IMG/VR virus record: IMGVR_UViG_3300025276_000001
Span: 32,001 to 96,000 of that record
DNA: 64,000 nucleotides
Source of the DNA: a virus
Strand: one strand, 5' to 3'
Shown here: positions 9,673 to 21,600 of the stretch, piece after piece
Position numbering within the stretch: position 1 is the stretch's first letter
Layout: each line of letters starts with the position of its first letter
Notes under the pieces: model-generated
Told to the model about the DNA's origin: nothing
Databases searched by the model: none
Seen by the model: only the letters and a program-made list of their open reading frames with translations
Translations under genes and position numbers: made by a program

Positions 9673-12600
9673 ATGGAAGAGGTACAAAATAATACAGGCT
9701 TAGCTGAAACAATCAAGTCACAGGAAGTTCCATTACAGGAGATACCTAAAGACAGACCTTATATTCCAATTGAGGAAATGTTTAATACTCCGGAATATGA
9801 TGAATGGATAAGCAGTGCTGACGTTGCACAAATACAACAACTTCAAGAGTCTAAATTAGACATTGATAAGTATAGCCCAGCTGCTATGGCCAACCTAGGT
9901 ATAGCACGTCCATCACAAGCAACTACAACATTTGATCCTGTTGCACAACAAAACCCACCAACATTAGAAGAAGAAGGTGGATTCACCAGGCTTCTTAATG
10001 AAGGTATGAATAAAAACTTATCTGTATTAGCTAAAGAAGCAAATGATAACTTTACTGTTGATCCAGTTATATCAAACATTAGACAAACTAATTTTAAAAG
10101 ATATTATGAACATCCTGAATATGCTGATTTAGGTTTCTCTCCTTTTGCAAATAATGAACAGTTCTATAATGAGAATTCTACAGTGTGGGATGATTACTCT
10201 AGAATGTGGGGTCAGTTTGGTAGCTTAGCGGGTACTGGATTTATGAGTGGTTACAGATCAATAGGTGACTTTTTTACAGGAGAAGGTTTAGAAGCAGATA
10301 GACAAAGTGCTTATGAGTTTGAAGATGCTATGGCAATTGGAAACTCATCAAGAGGTGGCGCAATGGCTTGGACAAATAACTTATTGCTTAACTCTGGATA
10401 CACTATGGGTATCATTAGTAGTATAGCATTAGAAGAACTTGTTTTAGCAGGAGCTACAGCTTTATCTGGAGGAGCATTAGGAGCTCCTGCCGCTATAAAA
10501 ACAGGAATTAATGCTGCAAAAATTACTAAGACAGTATCTAATTCATTTGGTGTAGGAAGAATGGCCAACTGGACTAGAAATATGTTGAAGCAATTAAATA
10601 ATGCTGATGCAGCTAAAGACTTATATAATGGTGCTAATAGTGGAAGAAAGTTTTTAGGTAAAATATTTTTACCAGAAACAACAGCAGCTATTAGAGGATT
10701 AAAAACTACAGCAAATGGTGCACAAAATGTAACTAATTTTGCTAAGGGTGCAAAAACATTTGGTGGATTCTATAAAGATTTAAGATCAGTTAACTATGCA
10801 TTAGCTGAGTCTAAGTTAGAGTCAGGTATGGTTTATAATCAGAGGTTAAGACAGAATTTAAATATTGCTAATGAATCAAATTTTGGAGGGGAAATAACTA
10901 CTGAACAAATGGAAGCTGCAACTAGTAATGCTAGTGAAGCTGCATTTGAAACTTTGATAAGAAATGCACCATTAATCTATGCAAGTAACTTTTTTGTTTT
11001 AGGTAATGCATTTGGTGGGTTTAATAAGTCATTTGCAAGAATGGCTAATGATAGTTATAAGTCTATTGGTAGAAGGATAATGAGAAAAGGTGCTGCTACA
11101 GGTGCAGACGGACAAGTACTTAAGAATGTTTTTTCTGATGCGGGTACAGGACTTAAAGGTTTATGGAATAGAACAAAGAATGCAGGAGTAAGAGGTGGGG
11201 GTAAAGCTTTATTTCATTCAAGTGCAAGATACTTTGCAGCAAATTTTGCAGAGGGTATACAAGAGGTAGGGCAAGAAGCAATATCACATGGTGTAAACCA
11301 TTACTATGAATCATTATTTAGAGATCCAATGTCAGGTGGTGCTCAGCTACATAAACAATCTGTTAATTCAGGTATGGGTTCTCAGTTTAGTGGGCAAGGA
11401 CTTGATGTATTTATGTCAGGTTTCTTAATGGGTGGTGTAGTATCAGGACCACAAAAACTTTTCTTCCAAGGCGTACCTGCAGTATATAACTTTGCAAAAG
11501 GTAAAGGAGCATTTGGTGCAGAAGGAGCAGCAGCAGTTGCTGAACAAAACAAAACAGAAAAAGAATTTATTGATTCTGTAGTAGCTTCATATAATGCAGT
11601 TGCAGAGGGTGTTGGTGGAGTAGCTCAGTCTGAAGGAAAAGATTCTGTTGATCCAGGATCTGCTTTTGACATGACTTTACTTAATTTTTTAATTCAAAAA
11701 CAAACAGGTGCTGAGTTAACAGGAAACTCATATGATGGTAACATCTTTGGATATCAAGATGCAAAAGACTTTGGTACATTCCATAACTTATACCAGGTGT
11801 TTAGTACTGGTGGTGCTGCTCAGTTTGAGAGTATGATAAAAGATTTCCAAAAACTAGATGATGCAGCTTTACTTGAAGCATTCCCTGCTAGCAAAGCAGA
11901 AATCAAAAGTGGTAAGTTTAGGTCTAAGTTTACTAAGATGGAACAAAACATGGACAAGATGGAAGTGGATTACAATGCAGCTAAGGATTTATTTCCTAGC
12001 CCATTTGATTCTAGCCAGATGGACAAAGGTACTAGAGCATACCAAGATGAAAGAATAAAAGAAATGTCTTGGAGACATGCACAGTATTTATACATGTTTA
12101 CTAAAGATGGATTTGATCAAGCATTGGTTAGATCAAGTAGTATATATAAAAGATTAGCTGCTGATCCATTATTTGAAGGAATGGCTACTAGTGATGTAAC
12201 TGTTTTATTAAGTCCAGATAGTTTAAAAAATGAAATAAGATTATTAAAAGAAGAGCTATCTACTTATGAAGTAGATGAAGACTCTAAGAAATTAAACAAA
12301 GAAATTATTGCTGCCAAGAAAGGTAAGCAAACTAGATTAGAAGCTTATTTAAAAGTAGTAGAGGATCCTAAAAATCAAAGTAAGGATGGTATCTATGACA
12401 GAAGAAGCATGACTGAAATTGAAAGAGTCTTTGATGATTATATTAAATTTATTGCTAAGAGTGAAGGCAGCTTTATAAATAAAGAAGCTAGAAGAGAAGC
12501 ACTAAAAGATATTATAGATTACAAAGCTTTAAAAGGAAGAGCTATAGTGTATGATAGAACTATGGAGATGATGGCAAATCCTGCTAGGTTCCAAGAGATA

Positions 12601-15600
12601 TTAGACAGAAACAATGCTCTTCATGATTCATACTTTGCTAACATAAAAGAAGAGTATAGAAAGACAATAGAAGACTATGTAGGTGTTGTAAAAAGAAATG
12701 AGTTAATGAATCAAATCACCAACATAGAAGGTGAAGACGTGATTCCTCATCCTTTATATGCTAAGATGTTTTTACAAACGGGTGATGCTTCTATATTTTT
12801 TGAAGGAGATAATTCTTTCTTTTTTGTTCCAGAAAAAGGAAGAGTAACTAAACTAAATAATCCTGTATTATTTGAAAAATTACAAAGTATTGTTTCAATG
12901 TATGAAGCAACAAATGTAAAAGAAGCTAAAATAGCTGAAGAAAAAGCTGAAGCAGATATTGCAGAAAAAAATAGACAAGAAGTTAAAGATGTACTAAATG
13001 ATATTGGAGTAGAAGAAAACCTACCATTCTCAACAAGTTCAGTATATAATAATTTATTAGATTCAAAGTATAATGCTTATGTAGCTACACAAGCTAACCT
13101 AGGTAAAGCTCCATTAACAAAAGATGAGTGGGTAAACAAGGATGGTAAAAACTTTAGAACCGCTTTTCAAGCACTTAGACAAGTCTGGGTTGCTAATGAT
13201 AAATTAATTAATCCCAACAAACCCTTAACTCAAAATGAAATTCTTGATGATACTAAATTTATTAACTGGTTGCTTTCTCCAACAGGAGGTCAAGTTTCAC
13301 CAGAGGTTGATTTGGTATTACAGAAATTAGAGATTTCAATGTTTGACGTTACAGGTCAAAAAGAAACAATACAAGATGGTGCTCAAGTACAAGATAATAT
13401 AGAAAGAGAAGTTGTTGGACAACCTGGTTTATTATTTGCTGTAGTAGAGGAAAATATTGAAGATCAAGAAACACTAAAGAAACAAGTTGTATACAAAATA
13501 ATAGATCTTAATACTCAAGAGGAAGTAGAAGACGCTATTCTACAAAGGTTTGGTTCAGACATAAACATATTTATGACCATAGGAGAAGCTCAAGCAACAT
13601 TGCTTTCTATGGAAAAAGATATGGGTGATGGTAAAACATTTGAGTTTACTGAGCCTGGTATTGGAAATGATAAAGAAACATCAACTACTTTATCTTTTGG
13701 TACTATTGTTTACAATAAAGATGGTGACCAGTTTATAGTACAAAGTAAAATGGACGGTATTATAAATGGTAAAGATTTATTCTTAATTCCTATTGATAAA
13801 GTAGGTTTATCATTTAAAGCCAAAGCAGAATTTTTAGTAAGAGTTCCAAGAGGTGGATTTGCTGGTGTATATAGTTTACAAGAAGTTAAAAATATATCAC
13901 CTGAGTCAGTATCAAGAGTAACACTAAATGAAATTGTTACTCCATATCCATATGTAAATAAAGATCAAAGTGTAAATCCTATAGCTGCTAGGAATGAAGA
14001 TCCTGCTAAAGCAAGAGATAGATATAATGCTATACTTTCAATTTTAACTGATGAAGAAATAAGTCAATTAGAACTTGTAGTTACAATAGATCCACTTGCA
14101 GTAGAGGGTGTATCAAAAGATTATCAAAGAAAAGGTTTTGAACCTAACCCAAACATTAGACAACAAGTATCTAAGTATCAAGTAGGTCTTAAGGCAGGAA
14201 GTATTGAAGCACAAGCAAAGATTGATACTTTACTTAAAGATATGGGATTAGATGATAGTGTAGATCCTAATAATATATTTGGGTTTATTGCTATAGAAAA
14301 CTTTAAGTTTATTAATACTAAGAACGGACCAGCTATTGATCCTTCTAGTATGTCTCAACTTGAGTTAGAAAACTTTATCAACGTACCACAATACTTAAAA
14401 GATAAACTTACAGCTTCAGAGATATTAGAAATGGTTCAGAAAAATTATGCTACAAGCATGGTTTTACAAGGTGTGTTAGATGCAAAAATGAAAGATCAAC
14501 CAATTGGTGTTTCAGTTTCAATACCTATATCATCTTTAAATTTAGATGAAAATGGTAAAGACCTAGGTCATAATATATCATTAGATCTAAAGCTTGGTCT
14601 AGTTGATTATGATAATAACACAAAAGGATTAAATGATCTGGAGTACTCTAGTGTAAATGAAAATGGTGATTACTTAATTTATAAGCTTGAAATGGGTAGT
14701 ACTGAGAGATCAGTGGTTCCTGTAACAAATCTTAAAGAAGGAGCAAGAGATAAACTTATTGCAGAAGTAGAAGTTCAACTAAAAAAGCAAAGCTTGTGGA
14801 ATGAACTTGCACAAGGTAAAGATGGTTATAAAGCTGTAGTACTATTACCAAATGGTACATATGCATTGATTCCATTGAAGGCTGTGCCTCTAGACATTAA
14901 TGAGTTAATGACTGAGACTATTGAGGCTGCTCAAAAAATTATAGAACAAAAAGATCATAATAGTAAAGATGGAATAAAAGGTGAAGCACTTAAAAAGTTA
15001 AGGGCTGATAACAAATTACGTTCTTCTAAATTATTTATAAGTTCACAAAGTGGATATTCTATTTCATTACAAGTCACTAAATGGGGTAAAATACAATTAG
15101 AGTTAGCACTTAAACAAGGAGAAAACTATTCTAGTGTAGCAAAAGTAACGTTGAGTGTTAAGGATATATCAAGTGATATAAGTATTGCTGATAAAACTAA
15201 AATACTTTTTGATGCTTTCAATAAAAATGCTGGTGTACAAGAAGCAGGTATATCATATACTGATGATAATGGAAACTTAAAAGGAATAGGAGCTAAAAAC
15301 TTTAGAGTATCATTTCCTAGAACAGCAAGTATAGCAGAGTTACTTGCAGTTACAACAACTGATGTAATGCCTAAAGTAGTAAATGATAATAACTTTACGT
15401 TGTCTGCTAGTTCATCTTCTATCCAAGCACAACGTGATATGGAAATGACTACTAGTGGAGTATTCCAACAAACAGAATCATATGTTGATGCAGAAGGTAA
15501 TGCTATACCTAAAGGTCCAGAATTAAGAACTGATTCTAACAATAAACCTTTAGTAGAAGTATCTGAAAATGTTGAAGACTCATTGTTAGATTTAACTCAA

Positions 15601-18600
15601 GAAGAATTTGATGAATATGCAGCAAGTAACTTTAACAATTTCCCTATAAAGTATTTACAACATATTGCTAATAAGTTAGATTTAACTGAAGTAGAACTTA
15701 ATGAGAAAGAAGCATTAGTATTTGAAGCACAACGTGAAGCAATAGCCGCATTAGCAGCTATAAATCCTCAAACTCCTGCAATAGATAATTCAGAAGTATT
15801 AGAAAGATCTGCACTTGTTGCTGTTAAAGAAAATATAAAAGCTTTAAAAGCTAAATTACAAAAAGGTAAAACTGGAATAGATAAAATTATAGTACTAAAT
15901 GAAAGTGAACAATTTCAAAGACTTTTAAAAAGAAAAGATGAATTAACTGGAGCGGCTAATAAAATTATAGCTGCTATGGAACCTCAAGATATAGAAGATA
16001 TAAATATCTTTTTAGCTTGGGCCAGTAATAATCTTCCGGGTAATATTACTATACAAGACATTGCTTTATTAGGTGACAACTTAAAAGCAGGCGGTGTCAG
16101 AGTTGGTGCATTTGTTTTAAACCTTAGCAACATAGCTGGTGGAGAAACAATTAATGGTACACTATATACTGGAGCTCAGTCTTCACATAGATATCATGAA
16201 GCTTTCCACGGTATATTTAGAATGTTACTTAGTGATGTTGAAATTAACAAGTACTTAGCAATTGCTAAGAAAGAAGTAAGAGCTAAACTAAGAGCTGAAG
16301 GTAAGACTTTAGAATCTGAGTTAAAAATGTTTAGACGTTCAGCTAACACTTATACTAATATGAGTATGAGTAGACTTGAACAAGAGTACTATGAAGAGTA
16401 TTTAGCTGATGAGTTTCAGAAATTTAAAAGAAATCCAAAGAGTAGTAATACTTCTTCAGAAGTTAAATCATTGTTTACAAGAATATTAGATTGGATTAAA
16501 TCTGTATTCACAAGTTATGATACTAAAGAGCTTCAAACATTATTTGATAACATTGATGCAGGTAAATATAGTGACGCTCAAGTAGCATCTAATCAGTTTA
16601 CTAATTTAGGTATTACATTAGAGGCTAATGCAATTATTCCATATTCTGAAAAAGAGGAAACTGCACTAGTGTCAGATACTGAAGGTGTACAAACAAGAAA
16701 GAATAGAACTGGTTTTTTATATTTAGATAGCGTAGTTGCTGATCCATTGGTTGCTTCTATAGCAGCAATGTATTTACAACGTGTTAGTAATAACACAGAT
16801 CCTTTACTTTTAAGATCTACAATGTTACAAGATGTATTAAATGATTTTTATGTATTGTATGATGTTGAATCACCACATAACTTATCTAAGTCTGATAAGC
16901 AAAAGGTGTTACTAGAACAAGCAAGTACTGCAATCATAGAATATAAAGAATCAATTAAAAAACAAGTATACGGAATATTAAATGTTATTGATACTCAAGT
17001 AACAGAAGAAGAATATAATGCTGAGTTTTTTGAAGACAAAGTTGGTTTAAGAACATCAAGTCAATGGAATACTGACGCATCAATGATTGGTGGTATACAA
17101 TCAACACCTAGAGAAGTAAGAGCTTATCTAGCTACTACTACTATTTCTGAGAAAGATTTCTTTGGTAATACAGAGTTAACACCTGGTGAACGTATAATTG
17201 TTCCTGTAAACTTTTCTGAAGTATATAATGGATTATTAAAGTCTGTTAAAAATATTGAAGACCCAAAACTAATGTTGCAGAACATGTACTTCTTTGGTCA
17301 ACAGAATCCACAAACTGGAGCAGCAGTAAGTAGAATTTTAAGTGACATAGGTATATCTGAAGAAGTGTTACTAAGTGATGCGCCTCTTCCTTTACAAATG
17401 AAAAATGCAAAGTTGTTTCAAGCAATTACTAATGCATTTGAAAACTTTAGAATAGATTATTTATTTACTCAAACAGATAACTCTGGTAATGTATTAATGT
17501 ATTCTGCTGCACAAAGGGATGATGTAAACTCTCAGTTAGATAGATGGTCTCAAGCTTGGGGTCAAGCATCTAAAAAACTTTCAGCAGACAAAGCAGTAAA
17601 GGTTCAATTAGAAAGAGTTTTGGATAGTCTTCAAGATTCATTAAATAACAATCAAGAAGAAGTAGGTATAAGTATAATTGACGCTCTTCAAGACAATGGT
17701 TTATTATCAACAGAAGAAAAAACTGCAATATCTGATAAGGCATTAACTGAAATGTCTCAAAAGTTCTCATCTAATATATTTGACTTAACAGGTATAAAGC
17801 TAAGTGCTCAGTTTATTGCATTTAGTATGATTAAAAATAGACAGGTTAAATTCTTAACACCTAAACAAAAGGCATTAATAAATGTCAATGCTCAAGAAAC
17901 TCCTATATCTCAACTTGATATAATTGAAATGAGACGTTTGATAGTAGACAATAGTGATATCTTTAGTGATGGGGATCAAGGAATGAATTCCAGACTTAGA
18001 AGAATGGCTATTGACAATGCACCTTTTGATGAAACAATAGGTCTCTCAGTATTTAAAAACGCTGAAGGTAACTTGGTTTATGCACATCAGAAAGGAACAT
18101 ATCATTTAAAAGAAGTACAAAAGTTAAATGATTTAGCATACTTAGAACAACTTAAAGAACAAGATCCTTATTTAGATAACAATCATCTTTTAAATAATGA
18201 AGCCTTTAAGCAATTATCAAATGACAATCAACAAAGAATATTAAGAATAGCGGGAACTGCAGTTGGTAAGATTAATGCTACTGAAGAAGAAATTAATGAT
18301 AACATATCTGGTATATCTTCAAGATCTACATATGGTAACTTTACTCCTCAAGAGTTTGCACTTAATTTAATAAACTCTTATACCGGATTACTAAATACTA
18401 AATCAGGAAAGGTAAAGTTTGTAGAATACAAAGATGGTAGAACTGGTAAAATGGTTAGGGTAGCATTAACTGCAAGCCTAATAAGAGTTTTAGAATCATC
18501 AAATACTGGAGATCTAATGTACATGCCGGTTGTTAATGCTGTAAGGTATGCAAGTGGTGACAGAGGATCAAGTGTGTTAACTGATGATGTACTTGTAGCT

Positions 18601-21600
18601 TTTACTAATTCTATAAAGACAGAGTATACACGTATACAAAGAGAAAGGTCTGATGCTTCTAATAAAAATGATGTAGTAGGTTATAACAAAACAGAATTTA
18701 ATGAAGAGACTGGTGAAGAAATAATTGGTAGAGCATTTAAATTACATAACTCAGCATTATTATTAGATCCAACAGTTAAAGGTCAATTAGAAGAAATAGC
18801 AAATAGATCTGAAAGTGTTTCATTTGAAGAAGCTTTAAAAGAATTAACTATAACACCTAAGCAATTTAGTAATCAACTTAATCAAATACTAGAAGCACAG
18901 TTTACTGAATTTAAATCTGAACTTGATCAATTAAATATAAGCAGTGAATTAAGTTTCAATGTAAAAAATGGTTTAACTGCAGATGCTAAATTTAGTGAAG
19001 CTGCTGAACTACTTAATTTAAAACAAGATAAAGATTATAACTTAAAGCAAATCTTTTTTAGTGACTGGGTAAATACAAAAGCTATTAATGAAATACTATT
19101 AGGTGATCAAGCTGTAACATTAAAGAATGGTGTAGATGCAATTAAAAGAGCTAAAGCACAAAATGCAGCTACAGTAACTGCAGCAAGTGTTATTGCTGAT
19201 CCAACAGTAGGTGTAATGCATCCAAATCAAAACTTAAGTGCTTTTGTTTTTGAAGAACCAAGAGGTGAATCTTCACTTACAGGTAAATCAATTGATGAAG
19301 CTGATGCGCAAGCATACTACACTCTTAAAGGATTAAGGTATAGTGAGTTTGGTTTTGGTACATTAACTCCAATGCAAGCAGCATTAATTACAAGATTAGA
19401 ACAAGGAGAAGACATTCCTTCTGAAGAAATATTTGGACAGGATGGTTTTGTATCTAATGGAAGCATGATCAATTCTAGAAAGCTAGTTTATGCAGATGGT
19501 AAAACATTTATTAAAATGTCTACGTTTGTGTTGATTCCTGCTTATACTTCTAATCCAGTTAGAGATGATAACGGAAACATTATTGACTGGGTGGCTAAGC
19601 CTAATAGAGTAGCTCTACACAATCTTAGAATGAAGATGGAGGCAGAAGAAGTTCTAACTGAAACAACGTCTATAGCGGCTCCCTTAAGTGCATTTAAAAT
19701 GCTTAAGCAGAACGTATCTTCTTTAGAAGAAATAGAAAATACTGATGATGTCTTTACTGAAAAACCTACTAAGTTAAAAGCTAAGTATCTTGGACTACAA
19801 GTTCCAGGTCCATCAAACAAAATGGAAATGGTTGATCCAACACAGATAAAAAACATAGTTACATCAGAACAGAAAGATGACACACCTATACCAGGAATGC
19901 AAATGAATGGTAAAACTATGACTGTTGGTGATGTAAGAAGAGAATACAATAAAGCTACTAGTCAACGTTTTGAATTGAAGTTTAAAAATAAAAGAAATTT
20001 GACTTTTAGTTTTGAATCAGCAATGAATGAATTAAGCATATCTAAAAAGGTTGGAGCAATAACTCCTAACCTAATGGCATTTTTAAAATTTGCTCAGAGT
20101 GGTTTAAAATCATCTCAATCAAGTAGTAATCAATTAGAATTCTTTAGTACAAAAGATGGAGAGCAACAATATGATTTAAATAATCCTATTACTATAAATA
20201 ACTTTGAGAGTTTATTTTTAAACTATTTAAGTAAAGGAACACTTGCTGAGAAAATACCTGGGCATAGTCTTGTATTAGTATCTGACTTTGGAAGTAATAT
20301 ATACAGAAGAGTATTTAGCTTTGATGAAAATGGTATTCCTGATAGATCAGTAGTAATAAGACAAAAAGAATGGGAAAGCTCAACAGGTATAAACTCTAGT
20401 GTAAATAATACAATTCAAAATTCTACACAAATAGATGGTCAACCAACTTGGAAAGAAGTTAAAGTACCCGCAGAAGGTGTAGTAATTCTTGACCGTTTAA
20501 GATCAGCTGTAAAAGAATATGATAGTAAAGGAGTAGCAACAGGACTTAGGTATACAGAAATGATGATGCCTTCTCACTATGCTGATGTAATGGATATGAT
20601 TGAGAATGATCCAAGTGCATCTATACCAGATGTGATTGCTAAGATGTTTGCAATACGTATACCATCTCAAGATAATCATTCAACTATAAATAGTAAGTTG
20701 GTAGACTTTATGCCTGCAATCTATGGTTCAGTAGGTATGTATTCAAGAGAACTGGTAGAGATATCAGGAGCGGATTTTGATATTGATAAAGTGTTTAGTC
20801 AAATAAAAGAATGGTACATAAAGAACAATGAGTTTGTTGAGTATGGTAAGACTACTAATGAACGTGAAGCATATGAAAACTATATTGAGTATGTAAAAAT
20901 AAAAGTTAGTAGAAAAGGAACAATATACAATGAAGCATACCAACTAAAAGATTCAGACAATCAATCAATTAGAGAAGGTAACCCTTCAGCGGAAGTTGTA
21001 TCTGATGAATTAGGGCCAGTATATGATCCAGCTATTACTGCATTAGAGATGTTAGGTTTACCAATATCATTTGAACAATATAAAGAATACAAAAATAAAA
21101 ACGGTGAACCTTATGAAGCACCACACAGTAATAAAATTTTAGATTATAAGTATGCTCTGATGGGTAATACAGCAGTAACTGAAGAAGCTTTAGTTGGAGA
21201 ACTTCCAATATCATATACTCCGGCAAGTCTAGATATTCTTGAAGATATATGGAAAGAGTTTAGTGATGAGACAGAAGATAGTTCTACTAGATCTGAGTAT
21301 CTAGTTAAGCGTTCTAGAGAAGATAACATTGATATAGATAACTTATTAGGTAAGATAAAAGCTTTTGCTGCAAATAAAGGTGCGGCCATTGGTGCAGTTG
21401 TTTCTCCTAATCAAGCATTGAGTTTACTAACAGAATATAAAATTCCTTTGGGAGGTATAAATGCTCCGGTAATTGAAATAGATGGGGTTACCTTTAATAG
21501 TTTTGAATACTTAAGAGAAAGATTAGCGGATGGTAAACTAGGATTAAGAAAACAAGATATCATTTCTTCTCTGATAACAATGGCAACAGATAATGCTAAA